Shown in pieces: positions 14,642-24,469 of a stretch of DNA of 24,554 nt. The stretch is from a virus (lineage: Duplodnaviria > Caudoviricetes). Under the pieces are notes generated by a model. The model saw nothing but the letters and a program-made list of their open reading frames with translations, searched no databases and was not told the DNA's origin. Position numbers and translations under genes: made by a program. Positions within the stretch are counted from its first letter, which is position 1; the number at the start of each line of letters is the position of its first letter. The stretch is taken from positions 1-24,554 of the IMG/VR virus record IMGVR_UViG_3300017902_000260; one strand, 5' to 3'.

Positions 14642-15978
14642 TGTAAATATTTTTGTGCTCTTTCAGATAATTGTGTAGGAACAACAGAATCTACTTTAAA
14701 AGTTATTAAAGCCTGTCCTCCGACTCCTTCTTTGGCATATGAATCATATACTTTTTTATGAACTTCTATTTTTCTTTTAGCAGCTTCGTCTCCAATTTCC
14801 ATTAATCTTTTAAGATTTTCTACAGTTAATCCCATTTCTCCTGCTGCGGCTTTTGCAGCTAACGCAGCGTCTTTATCCGAAAGACCTGTACCTGCACCAA
14901 ACATTTGTATTTGGTTTCCAATTTCTCTTACTCTAGTAGCCATAAATGCTTGAATATTTTCAGTACTTTCTATAGCTGAACCGGTAGCTCCAAATGACTC
15001 AGCCAATAATAAAAGGTTTGATTTTAAATCAGCTAAAGGACCACCTACAATATCAAACTCATTGGAAGCTAAAAGTTCTCTACCTTTTTCGTTAAGCACT
15101 AATGTTTCTACTGCTTGTCTAGCTTGTTTTGTTAACTCACTAAATTCAGTTACAGATTGTTTTGTTAGTTGAGAAGTTAAATCGTTTGCATTATTGTATG
15201 TTTCAGTAACTGTAGGAGCTTCCACTAAATTTTTTTCTTTAGGTTCTATCCATGTTGTAACACCGTCAGCATTTGTATCCGCAATCATTCCATATTTATT
15301 TTCTCTGTAAATTTCTACTTTTCCTTGAGCGTCTTGATAAGCTACTGAATCTGCTTCTTCTCCGGATAAAACTTTAGCAAATGTGTCGTCATCTAAATTA
15401 CTGTATTGTTTAACCTGTTCTTTTGTTAGTCCAGCTTGCCTTCCTAAAGCAATCCTTCCTGCTTTTCCTTCATTTTTAGCAATAGCTGCAATTTCTTCCG
15501 CTCTTATTTCCTTACGTATGTCTACTAACATTTCTCCTGTAGCGTTGGCTATACTGTCGTTTCTTTCTTTTGGGCCACCTATTGCTTTATTTCTTTCAAT
15601 TAAAGAAGTTCTTAAAGATTGATCTCTAGTTTGTTCAGCTACTTTAGTTTTTCGTTGTTCATCCAAAGCATCAATTTTTATTTGAGCTTCTAAAGCTCCA
15701 GCGGTGTCTCCTCTGGATCTGGCATAATCTCTTTGAACAACTAATATTTCTCTTGTTCCAGTAGCAGATTTAAGATTATCTTTGTAAACTTCAAAATCAC
15801 TTCTAAAGTCCGCTCCCGGCATTACAGCACCAAGCATTTTTTTAATGCCTCTACCAGCACCACTACCAAACTGTTGTGCAGGAGTAACTGGAGCCATTCC
15901 TTGCCCAGATCCAGTTAACATTCCTTCTTTGCCAAAGTTTCTTATGGCTTCCAATGTTGAAGAACTTAATTTAGCCAT
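14638..15978 (-). CDS. putative ejection (internal virion) protein, 446 aa
   Basis: Helical composition, FGAGTGLSDKD motif, synteny. Confidence 0.6.
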   Translation of the reverse strand: MAKLSSSTLEAIRNFGKEGMLTGSGQGMAPVTPAQQFGSGAGRGIKKMLGAVMPGADFRSDFEVYKDNLKSATGTREILVVQRDYARSRGDTAGALEAQIKIDALDEQRKTKVAEQTRDQSLRTSLIERNKAIGGPKERNDSIANATGEMLVDIRKEIRAEEIAAIAKNEGKAGRIALGRQAGLTKEQVKQYSNLDDDTFAKVLSGEEADSVAYQDAQGKVEIYRENKYGMIADTNADGVTTWIEPKEKNLVEAPTVTETYNNANDLTSQLTKQSVTEFSELTKQARQAVETLVLNEKGRELLASNEFDIVGGPLADLKSNLLLLAESFGATGSAIESTENIQAFMATRVREIGNQIQMFGAGTGLSDKDAALAAKAAAGEMGLTVENLKRLMEIGDEAAKRKIEVHKKVYDSYAKEGVGGQALITFKVDSVVPTQLSERAQKYLQ

Positions 15979-15983
15979 TTGTT

Positions 15984-17021
15984 TTAATCCTCGCCAAATA
16001 TACCACTAATTATATCACCAAACCAACTACCACCACTTTCAGTACCGCCTCCACCAAGAGCGTTAGCGTAAATAGATTTTAAGAAATCAGCTTTAGCTAG
16101 TTCAGTATTCATTAATCCTTCAAGACCTGCACCTGCTGATTCATCAAACAAACCAGCACCATAACGTCTACCCATGTCTGCTATTGAAGCTAAGTTAGTT
16201 CCTGCTCCAAGCTGTTCCAACATCATTTGTTCAGGCATGTACTGTAAACCCATCATCTGAGCTAAATTCTGACCTTGCATACCTTGTAGTTGTAAAGGTA
16301 ATTGAGAACCTTGTGCACCTAACCCAAACAACCCTGTAGCTGTAGCTAAGTCTTGCGCTCTTTCCTGTCCTGCTTGACTCATAGCAGCCAAAGAAGCTTG
16401 GTTCATTGCTTCCGCTCTAGCTTTTTCCTGTGCAAACTGTTCAGGGGAACCTCCAAACATTGCTGTAGACAACCCTAATCTACCTTGGCTTAACAACTGA
16501 TCGTTAAGCAGTTGTCTTTGTCTGTTTTCTTCAGGAGTCTGTGTAGCTCTTATGCGATCGTATATTTGTTGTTCTCTAGTTCCTCTGTCCCCTGTTACTG
16601 AACTTAACAAATTACCAACACCACCAAATGCTTGGCTTCCAATAGTTCCAGCCATGCCGCCTGTAGGATCTGCACTATAACCTGATCCTAACATTCCTGA
16701 AAGAATGTTTTGCACTCCTGTTGTTTGTGCTGCTGCTGGTCCACTTAAAGTATTACTAACGCCACTAAATTCTCCAGTTTCCGGATCAACTAGTGCACTT
16801 GTAGTTCCTGTTCCACTGGTAATAGTAAATGGTTTAAACTGAGATTTTTCAAAAGCTTCTTCACCAATTTTAGGAAAACCTTCAGCTAATGTACCACCAA
16901 CTTTAGACAAACGGTCCATAACGTCTTGAGCAGCAGCGTAGTTAGCTCCTGTTTCAAACAAACCCCCAAGAAAGTCAGATACACCTTCTGGTAGTCCTAA
17001 TTTATCAGTTAAAAATCCCAT
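15984..17021 (-). CDS. putative DNA transfer/pilot protein, Gly/Gln/Ala-rich, 345 aa
   Basis: Composition and position first in the ejection cluster. Confidence 0.6.
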   Translation of the reverse strand: MGFLTDKLGLPEGVSDFLGGLFETGANYAAAQDVMDRLSKVGGTLAEGFPKIGEEAFEKSQFKPFTITSGTGTTSALVDPETGEFSGVSNTLSGPAAAQTTGVQNILSGMLGSGYSADPTGGMAGTIGSQAFGGVGNLLSSVTGDRGTREQQIYDRIRATQTPEENRQRQLLNDQLLSQGRLGLSTAMFGGSPEQFAQEKARAEAMNQASLAAMSQAGQERAQDLATATGLFGLGAQGSQLPLQLQGMQGQNLAQMMGLQYMPEQMMLEQLGAGTNLASIADMGRRYGAGLFDESAGAGLEGLMNTELAKADFLKSIYANALGGGGTESGGSWFGDIISGIFGED

Positions 17022-17025
17022 TTTT

Positions 17026-17301
17026 CTATCCTACCTTATTCCCAAACACCAGTTCCCTGCTAACTGTGTAGCAATAACTTCCCGGTGTAGGTCTGATTTC
17101 AAAACCATTTGATCTAAAAAAACTATATTCTATTCTGCTCATTGTATAACCAAAGTAATCAGGATTGACTAAACATTCCTTGTGTATTTTAAACCGTTCT
17201 TCTTCCAAAGGATGCTGAAAATAATTTAAAGGTTCAACTGTCGTAGCACAGCCAATTATAAACAATGCTAAAAGTAAACTAAGTATTATCCTCATTTTCA
17301 T
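17026..17301 (-). CDS. lipoprotein, 91 aa
   Basis: Basic N-terminus, hydrophobic core, lipobox IIGC; two further Cys. Confidence 0.75.
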   Translation of the reverse strand: MKMRIILSLLLALFIIGCATTVEPLNYFQHPLEEERFKIHKECLVNPDYFGYTMSRIEYSFFRSNGFEIRPTPGSYCYTVSRELVFGNKVG

Positions 17302-17470
17302 CTTTTTTCAAAAAACTCCTTATAGTTTGTGTTTCATATATACGGATACAAGTCCATACTAATGTTGCTAAAGCTGCCAAAGGAGGCAACCATCCCATTA
17401 ACGCTGAAGCAGTAGTAGAGACTGCTAATACGTCCACCCCTGACTTAACTGCTTCAGTATCTAATGACAT
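17279..17470 (-). CDS. small membrane protein, holin-like, 63 aa
   Basis: Hydrophobic core (LMGWLPPLAALATLVWTCI) and charged tail; follows the tail fibre genes. Confidence 0.55.
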   Translation of the reverse strand: MSLDTEAVKSGVDVLAVSTTASALMGWLPPLAALATLVWTCIRIYETQTIRSFLKKDENEDNT

Positions 17471-17737
17471 TTATCCTAGTCCTCCTGCTTGAGCATCAAC
17501 AAAAGCTTTGTGTGCTGCCTTGGCCTCGTCAGTAAAATAAATCTCAGCCAGCTTCTTTACCTCATCAGTTTGGCCGCTGACATCTGAATTTGGATCAAGA
17601 ACGTGTCTATGAAAATTTCGAGACAATTCGACTCCATCGTCAGTTACAATCGTTGCTGTACGCACCTGAATGTTTGTCCAAGTTTGTACTGCAAGAAGCT
17701 CAATTTTATCTTCTCTTGTTGTTTTTTCTAAAGCCAT
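17471..17737 (-). CDS. small tail-fibre partner/chaperone-like protein, 88 aa
   Basis: DKIE..IQVRTAT..DGVELSRNFHRHVL pattern; AAGGAG SD; directly downstream of the second fibre. Confidence 0.6.
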   Translation of the reverse strand: MALEKTTREDKIELLAVQTWTNIQVRTATIVTDDGVELSRNFHRHVLDPNSDVSGQTDEVKKLAEIYFTDEAKAAHKAFVDAQAGGLG

Positions 17738-17758
17738 AGTTTTCTCCTTTTGTGTCTG

Positions 17759-17778
17759 TGCCTACCGTCCAGTAGACA
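17759..17778 (-). promoter_or_regulatory. RNA hairpin upstream of the RBS of the 88-aa gene
   Basis: UGUCUAC-UGGACG-GUAGGCA on the - strand (7 bp, one G-U pair). Confidence 0.4.
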
Positions 17779-17792
17779 TAAGTTTGAAAGTT

Positions 17793-18923
17793 TTATGAAT
17801 CTGTAGTTAACATTCCCATAACCATTATGTACTGAAGACTGCCACCGTTATAAGTAGCAAGAGAAACGGCTCCATCATCTACAAAAACTGCATTTGTATT
17901 ACTAACATTTACATATCCACCTCTACTATTACCATCTACCGCATTACCATGAACATAATGAAACAATGTATATCCAGTGCTATTTGAAGTAAAAGGTAGC
18001 TGCGTTAATGTAGCGTTGCCAGAAGCAGAATTAATTGTTAGTCCTCCTGAGTACCAATACCACCAAACCATCTGTCCTACTTTGACGTAGTAGGCAGTAG
18101 TGTTTCCAGCCGCGATTGTACCACCATCTATACCTATGGTAAATGAGCCTTCTTCATAGTCATCAAGGGCGTTGGCTGCTGCGGTGTCTGTTCCAAAACA
18201 AAGACCATTAGTATTAAATTGTCCCGCTGTAGTCCACGCAATATCAGTGCCGCCAGTTGTGGCTGCTGCGGATCTAAAAACGTGCGCTCCATTATGCTGA
18301 TAATAATTAGAAGCTTCATCTGTTGCTATTGCTTCCCAAGAACCGTCTGTATCAAGGTGAGCATTTTGTGATATGTGTAATGATCTTCCTGCTGAACTGG
18401 CTGTTTCAGCGGCAAAACCAGCTAATCCTCCTATACTTAATTGAGCATAGCCAGTATAAAAATCTTGAGGAGAACCTCCAATACCTACAGCGTTTTTTCC
18501 TGCATCTACAACAAGCATATTAGCATTGCCATCAGACTCAACACGGAAATCCCTATCTATACTATCTTCATTAATAACAATTTCAGTTGGATTAATTTCT
18601 AATGCGTTTCTAACTGTTCCAGCAGTTAAAACATAGGTGGTTAACTTAGCATCTTCAGTACCGTCTGAGGCATCAACAATTTGTCCTAGTATTGAAACAT
18701 GGTCTAAAACTTCACCAGCATCATTGTCTGCTTGAAGTTTAATATTTCCAATATAATCATTATCTGCTGGAGAACCTGAATCTCTTTGTAAATTTAAAAC
18801 AGGGCCAGTATTTGCATCAGCGTCAGTGCTTTTTAAAGTTAACTGAGTTGTGTTATCTGCTGTGCTAATAGTTATACCAGCATCAAAGTCTACTACGCTT
18901 GGTGAGATTTTAGTTATTGCCAT
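17793..18923 (-). CDS. secondary tail fibre / receptor-binding protein, 376 aa
   Basis: DFRVESDGNANML, ANALDDYEEG, YVKVGQMV and LPF fibre-type motifs; no virion anchor domain. Confidence 0.75.
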   Translation of the reverse strand: MAITKISPSVVDFDAGITISTADNTTQLTLKSTDADANTGPVLNLQRDSGSPADNDYIGNIKLQADNDAGEVLDHVSILGQIVDASDGTEDAKLTTYVLTAGTVRNALEINPTEIVINEDSIDRDFRVESDGNANMLVVDAGKNAVGIGGSPQDFYTGYAQLSIGGLAGFAAETASSAGRSLHISQNAHLDTDGSWEAIATDEASNYYQHNGAHVFRSAAATTGGTDIAWTTAGQFNTNGLCFGTDTAAANALDDYEEGSFTIGIDGGTIAAGNTTAYYVKVGQMVWWYWYSGGLTINSASGNATLTQLPFTSNSTGYTLFHYVHGNAVDGNSRGGYVNVSNTNAVFVDDGAVSLATYNGGSLQYIMVMGMLTTDS

Positions 18924-18939
18924 TTATGTTTTCTCCCTG

Positions 18940-19215
18940 TTAAAGGCCCTCAGCCTCGTCACGCTCTTTGCGTGTTTTATAATCATCTCTGCCAGTTACC
19001 AAGGTTACAAAGTCTGCTTGGTTGCTTGGGATAGGATCTGTAAAGCTATCGTCATTCATTAGCTTGGTAGTCCATTCTGTTTGCATACGCTTCCAGCAAT
19101 TATTTTGTTTGCCAGTTACTGCATCCTCTATCCATGTTTTAATGTCTAACAAATCATTGTTCATGATTGCTTGCATTGTGTCGTTCACTGTTATTTCTAC
19201 TTTTAAATCTGCCAT
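18940..19215 (-). CDS. small tail-fibre partner protein, 91 aa
   Basis: AAGGAG SD; directly downstream of the C1q-tipped fibre. Confidence 0.6.
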   Translation of the reverse strand: MADLKVEITVNDTMQAIMNNDLLDIKTWIEDAVTGKQNNCWKRMQTEWTTKLMNDDSFTDPIPSNQADFVTLVTGRDDYKTRKERDEAEGL

Positions 19216-19248
19216 GTTTTATCTCCTTTAAGATAGGTTATTTCGCCT

Positions 19249-22200
19249 TTAGTGTAATAATGAAATTGATGCGTAAGACTGACCATCAAAGTCAGTTTGT
19301 TGTGATCCACCTGATTGATTCATTTGAAAATAAACAGTGTCCCCAGCATCCATGTCTATCACTGCTGACCATTGCATATCCCAATAATCTGCATCTGCAC
19401 TTAAATTTGGATCAAAAATTGAATAGTATGTTTTATTAGTAGATACGATATAAAGCTGGTAATAACCTGCCGCATTATCAATATCTTTCATATATAAATT
19501 GACACAAACTAAATATCTTCCAGTTACAGGAGCACTAAAAGTATTAGTGCCTGTGTTGAAATCACCATTTTGGTCGAATCTCACAGTATCAAAATCTAAT
19601 GTTGTGGCATTAGTAGCCATATTATTTTGGTCACTTAATTGAACACCAACACTAGATTGTGCTGGCATAGTAACGTGGCCAGAATTATCAATAGTCATTC
19701 TGATTGTGTCATTGGTTGCAAAAGTCATTGCACCGTTTTGAGTGTTTTCAATATTTAAATCAGCAGCGGTTCCGCTTTGATTGGCGTAACCAATTAAACC
19801 TAAAGCAGTAGCACTACTTGAAACAGTGCCTCTAAAAGACAGATAGGCAAACTCATCATCACCTTCAAGTCTTAGTGTTTCAGCACTAGTACCATAAACA
19901 TGAAGCTTTGCGGCTGGATCTATGCCGATGCCTAATTGGCCACCGCTGTCCAACGTCATATTAGGCGTATCACCCTCATAGCCAGAACGACCAGCGGCAA
20001 AGTGAAGATCCTGAGAACCGTTTGTAGAGGACACTTTGCCCCACAGACCGACAAAGTGATCTTCCGTTCCATCGGTGTCTGAGTTTCCAATTAGAAATGC
20101 ACCAGTTTTATCGTTTACTGCGACTGAAGTATCTGCTCTAAAAGCAATAATTTCAGAACCAGTTGCGCTGCTGCTTACAAGTTGATTGCCTAAAAGAACT
20201 CCTGTGGGGACAGTTGAAGTTCCATGAAGTAACTTACCAGCGGAGTCAATAACCAACCGCTCAGTACCAGCAATATCAAAGCGTATCTTGTCTTCATCGC
20301 TGGACTCTTCTACCTGTATCTTAGTATCACTGTCAGCATCAAGTAGCTGATTAGCAGTAGTGCTAGAGGTTGAAACTAAAGTTATACATTCAACCGCAAC
20401 ACCAGTGGGAGGTGCTGTGCTAAATGTTAAAGTAGAGCCAGAAACAGAGTAAGTTGACTTGTGCTGCATAACTCCATCGAACGTCACAAAAGTAGCATTT
20501 TCATTTAAAGGAGCAGAACTTAAAGCAAGAGTTGTGTCTGAGTTATCTCCTGTCATCGTATCAATTACAGGTGCAGAACCACCTCCACCACCAATAGCTC
20601 CCCAAGAATCTGTGTACCCTTCAAATTGACCAGTAGTACTATTGTACCTAAAGTATCCTGCGGCTCCTGTGGGCCTCTGTGCTGTTGTACCTACAGGTAC
20701 GTGTACAGCATCTGTAGCACTTCCAATGTCAAGAGAGACATCAGGAGAAGCATTTAGAATACCTACTCTATTTTCAGATGAATCAACTACTAATGTATTT
20801 GAATCCCAATTAAAGTCTCCTGTTCCACCTGTTAGTGCAGTAAGAGTTCCTAAGCTTGTAATGTTTGGCTGTGCAGCAGTTTGTAATGTACCTGTGAGAT
20901 TGCCTGAGAAGCCTGTAGCAGTCAAAAGACCTGTAGAGGGGTTATAAGTAAGCCCTGTGTCTGTTTCCGCTCCCTGTGAGCCTGTAGCTCCGTCTACGAA
21001 TACAGGGTATACTGTTTCATCAGTTGAATTATTTGCGGAGACTGTAAAGTTATCCGCTGTACCTGTAGTATCTTGGTTAAGAGTACCTACTGTAAAGTCT
21101 AATGTATTGTCTGAGTCATCGTATGCTACTGTAATACCGCTTTCTGTATTTGAGCTAACCATAGCTCCTACAGTATCTGCAATAGTTTCTGCTAAAGTAA
21201 CTCCATCAACAGTAATAGCGTCTGCTTCTAAAGTTCCATCAACATCTACATTTCCAGATATGTCTAAAGTTGCAGCAGCAAGCTGACCACCTATTGTTAA
21301 GTTACCAGAACTAGGATTATAGGTTAACCCTGTGTCACTTTCTGCTCCTTGAGAACCTGTTGCTCCGTCCACAAAAATAGGATATACAGTCTCATCTGTA
21401 CTATTGTTTGCAGAAACTGTAATATTATCTGCTGTTCCTGTAGTGTCCTGATTAAGCGTTCCAATTACAAAGTCTAAAGTATTGTCACCGTCTTCGTATG
21501 TAACTGTAATATTTGTTTCTGTGTTAGAACTAACCATAGCTCCAACTGTATCAGCTATGTATTCACTTAAAGCTGTGCCGTCTACAGTTATTGCGTCAGC
21601 TTCAAGTGTTCCGTCTATGTCTGCATTACCACTTATGTCCAGTGTGGCTGCGTCTAGCTCACCTGTTAATGTAATGTTTCTAAAACTACCAATGTCTTTA
21701 TTACTGTCTACAACTACTGCTTTACTAGCTGTAACTGTACCAGCAGTTAAATCGTCTATTTGTTCTATGTCAGCTTCTGAAATTGCAGCACTACCCATTG
21801 TAAGAGTTCCTGACAAATCTAAATTGCCATTCATGTCTATGGTAGTAGCGTTTATTTCTATTTCAGTGTCCGATACAAGATCAAGTACACCGTCTGCGCT
21901 TTGATGTATGTAAGTACCTGAGTCACCAAACTGTAGTTGTCTGGTTGAATTAATTAATAAGCCTGTGTCAGCAACGTGGGTAATAGTTGTGTCTTGGTCT
22001 GCACCAAAATAAATAATGGAACCGTCAGCTAGGAAAAGATCGCTAAATTCTAGGGAAGTAGTACCTAAGGCTGCACCGTCAGCAGCGTCAGGAACAAATG
22101 CAGTCGTAGCTACAATAGTAGGGCCAGTAACTGTACCAGTAAAAGTAGGAGAAGCTATGTTTGACTTAGTTGCTACCGAAGTAGCAATATTATCAAATTC

Positions 22201-22296
22201 GTCGTCAATCTCTGACCCTTTAACAATTTTATTAGCATTACCAGAAGGCAATGAATCTTTTGCGGTAAAGTTAGTAGTTTTTGTATAGTCCGTCAT
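19249..22296 (-). CDS. long tail fibre with internal duplication and C-terminal C1q/TNF-like domain, 1015 aa
   Basis: N-terminal anchor (YTKTTNFTAKDSLPSG..EIDDEFDNI), Thr/Asp/Gly-rich shaft, tip FDTVRFDQNGDFN..FSAPVTGRY..MDAGDTV. Confidence 0.88.
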   Translation of the reverse strand: MTDYTKTTNFTAKDSLPSGNANKIVKGSEIDDEFDNIATSVATKSNIASPTFTGTVTGPTIVATTAFVPDAADGAALGTTSLEFSDLFLADGSIIYFGADQDTTITHVADTGLLINSTRQLQFGDSGTYIHQSADGVLDLVSDTEIEINATTIDMNGNLDLSGTLTMGSAAISEADIEQIDDLTAGTVTASKAVVVDSNKDIGSFRNITLTGELDAATLDISGNADIDGTLEADAITVDGTALSEYIADTVGAMVSSNTETNITVTYEDGDNTLDFVIGTLNQDTTGTADNITVSANNSTDETVYPIFVDGATGSQGAESDTGLTYNPSSGNLTIGGQLAAATLDISGNVDVDGTLEADAITVDGVTLAETIADTVGAMVSSNTESGITVAYDDSDNTLDFTVGTLNQDTTGTADNFTVSANNSTDETVYPVFVDGATGSQGAETDTGLTYNPSTGLLTATGFSGNLTGTLQTAAQPNITSLGTLTALTGGTGDFNWDSNTLVVDSSENRVGILNASPDVSLDIGSATDAVHVPVGTTAQRPTGAAGYFRYNSTTGQFEGYTDSWGAIGGGGGSAPVIDTMTGDNSDTTLALSSAPLNENATFVTFDGVMQHKSTYSVSGSTLTFSTAPPTGVAVECITLVSTSSTTANQLLDADSDTKIQVEESSDEDKIRFDIAGTERLVIDSAGKLLHGTSTVPTGVLLGNQLVSSSATGSEIIAFRADTSVAVNDKTGAFLIGNSDTDGTEDHFVGLWGKVSSTNGSQDLHFAAGRSGYEGDTPNMTLDSGGQLGIGIDPAAKLHVYGTSAETLRLEGDDEFAYLSFRGTVSSSATALGLIGYANQSGTAADLNIENTQNGAMTFATNDTIRMTIDNSGHVTMPAQSSVGVQLSDQNNMATNATTLDFDTVRFDQNGDFNTGTNTFSAPVTGRYLVCVNLYMKDIDNAAGYYQLYIVSTNKTYYSIFDPNLSADADYWDMQWSAVIDMDAGDTVYFQMNQSGGSQQTDFDGQSYASISLLH
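20920..21657 (-). repeat. two tandem copies of a 125-aa (375-nt) module in the tail fibre
   Basis: LDAATLDISGNAD...YNPSSGNLT versus LAAATLDISGNVD...YNPSTGLLT, offset 375 nt. Confidence 0.95.
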
Positions 22297-23816
22297 ATTA
22301 ATCTACCTATCAAAGCTTCGGTATTAAGTTCCTGTATGGACATACCGTTTGCGTTAATTGTTGCGTCCATGCCTATTGTAACAACTGATCCTGTTCCTGT
22401 TGGTTTTACTTTTAACGTGTCTACTCCAATATTAGAACTATATTCTGAAGTACTGACGTTGTATTCAGCTACTCCATATTCAGCAATATTAGTAGCGTCT
22501 ACCGTTAATGCTTGTTTTCTGTACCCTTCAGTGTAGTCATAGCCCCAGTTTAAAACTACTTGGTTTTCAGAACCTCCAATAATTTTAAAAGATATTTCTT
22601 TTAGTATCTTTAACCTAGAAGCGTCACCAAATGACATTGGATTAGTGTAGTACCTCATTAAGTAAGTACTAGTATCGTCCAAAAAGTTATGATACTTGTT
22701 TACACCTACTTTGTTACCTATGTACAAAGTTCCATCACTGGCTCTAATAGCTGACAATAGTTTAGTTCCCGGCCAAGTAGTTGCTCTATGTGATCCGTCC
22801 TCTAAAGGTGTCCTCATGTCAAAACAATAGACAGTAGAGTTAGAAGGAAAAAACAATAAATAAAAAGCTTCCTCAGGGCTGTAAACTGACTTAATGTTTC
22901 CAGTTTCTATGTTAGCCAAAGTCATTAAATCGTCCCTAACATTCTTGGAAATGTCTCTCATAGGGGCTGATTTTTCTTGTATTGTTCTACCTAAACTTCT
23001 AACTCCTGTAGAGGAAAGAAAAATTAAGTCAGTACCAATGTCCTGTACTGAGTCTCTAGCTATACAACCTACGTTAGTTATTGTGTCTTCCAAAGCCATG
23101 CTGGAAGGAGTACTAGCTCCGCTGTACAATAAAATAGAATTCTTACCAAATATAACTAATCTACCATTGTAGGCAGCTAGAGCAGTTATTTCGTCGTAGC
23201 CAGTAGGCCAAACAGTTCTTACGTTTAATGACCCAGAAGAACCTGAGTTCCAATCCGTACCGTCCAAAGAATCTGAAAACTGTAATGTATTTTTATCTCC
23301 AGTAAAGTCTGCAACCCACATTCTACCAAAAGCTGCTAATGCTTCGTTAGCTTGTGGTGGTGTGCCTGACGCTCCAGCATGCGCGGACATTTTCTGTAAT
23401 GTACCACCGTCCTCATAAATTAACGGTTCATGCGCTCTTTGGAAAAAATACATGTGGTTATTAAAATTAACCATTTTCCAGTTGTTAGCTGATATAGTGT
23501 AGCTGCCGGGAGTTTCGTCAGTTAATGTGGAAGTTCCACTAAATATTTTATTGTTACCTGCGGAGTATATTTTAGTATCTCCATCTAAAGCAACAAACTC
23601 ACCTATTGATTCCGCTCCGTCACTACTTCCTAAAGCCGTTGCGTCACTAGTAAGTTTATTAATTCCTTTTCTTGAACCTATTCTACCGTAGTTGTCTACT
23701 ACTGCATTTTCAGCTACGGAAGCAAATGCAGGGTCTATGTTTACCGGAGAATCCTGAGTGTTTAACCCTTTAAATCCCGGTGCACCAATATGTATGTTTT
23801 GTAGTTGTTGTGCCAT
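22293..23816 (-). CDS. tail tubular/nozzle (head-closure) protein, 507 aa
   Basis: Beta-rich sequence, GLNTQDSP and VGCIARDSVQ motifs, between adaptor and fibre. Confidence 0.75.
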   Translation of the reverse strand: MAQQLQNIHIGAPGFKGLNTQDSPVNIDPAFASVAENAVVDNYGRIGSRKGINKLTSDATALGSSDGAESIGEFVALDGDTKIYSAGNNKIFSGTSTLTDETPGSYTISANNWKMVNFNNHMYFFQRAHEPLIYEDGGTLQKMSAHAGASGTPPQANEALAAFGRMWVADFTGDKNTLQFSDSLDGTDWNSGSSGSLNVRTVWPTGYDEITALAAYNGRLVIFGKNSILLYSGASTPSSMALEDTITNVGCIARDSVQDIGTDLIFLSSTGVRSLGRTIQEKSAPMRDISKNVRDDLMTLANIETGNIKSVYSPEEAFYLLFFPSNSTVYCFDMRTPLEDGSHRATTWPGTKLLSAIRASDGTLYIGNKVGVNKYHNFLDDTSTYLMRYYTNPMSFGDASRLKILKEISFKIIGGSENQVVLNWGYDYTEGYRKQALTVDATNIAEYGVAEYNVSTSEYSSNIGVDTLKVKPTGTGSVVTIGMDATINANGMSIQELNTEALIGRLI

Positions 23817-24469
23817 TATACTACAGTATAAGTAAATTCTTCCGGATGCTGGTAAGCGTCATGTGCTATTGCGTCCGATAAATATTTGTTTGCTATTGCA
23901 AAGTACTCCGCTGAAGAAGTACCGCCAGTTTCTCCACGCTCTCTAGCTAACAGAGCAATAGTTTGATGAACTATAGGAAGATAAGGTATTGTTACTTCGT
24001 CCGTGTTAGCTGACAACTCCGCTGGCCTAATAACTAAGTTAAACCTAAGTGAGTACGTTGCGTCCGGTGTAGGATACAGTTTAATCTTAACGTCACCATT
24101 GGAATCAATACCATTAAACGTATAAGTATCAGGTGCACCGCTAGGAGCGTCAGTATTAAAATAAGCGTTGTCCATCCACACAGGAGTTTGATAAGTCAAA
24201 AACAAATTTTGTGTGTCGTTAATAGCACTTATTATTTTAGGGTCTTCCTTACTGCCTGTTATGGAGTATTCACTAGTTCCTGAGGAAGTACTAACTGTTA
24301 CTACGCTTCTTAATGCAGACCAATCATGTGCATTTTGTACTTCCTTTTTAGCGTCGTTAACAAAGTCCCCTACCATTTTAGAATAAGTAGTGTCTGCAAT
24401 ATTTGTTATTTCGTCCTCACGCAAACGTCTAAGAACGTGGTTAACTATTGTTAAATATGTTGTACTCAT
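23816..24469 (-). CDS. tail adaptor / tail tubular protein A-like, 217 aa
   Basis: TYLTIVNHVLRRLRE, FVNDAK..HDW and LYPTPD motifs; synteny. Confidence 0.75.
   Translation of the reverse strand: MSTTYLTIVNHVLRRLREDEITNIADTTYSKMVGDFVNDAKKEVQNAHDWSALRSVVTVSTSSGTSEYSITGSKEDPKIISAINDTQNLFLTYQTPVWMDNAYFNTDAPSGAPDTYTFNGIDSNGDVKIKLYPTPDATYSLRFNLVIRPAELSANTDEVTIPYLPIVHQTIALLARERGETGGTSSAEYFAIANKYLSDAIAHDAYQHPEEFTYTVV

Noticed and set aside
20642-22288. Several + strand ORFs antisense to the tail fibre
   Set aside because: Shadow ORFs from the repetitive Thr/Asp/Gly codon pattern; no start signals.
17793-22296. Diversity-generating retroelement acting on the fibre tips
   Set aside because: No reverse transcriptase and no template/variable repeat pair differing only at adenines.
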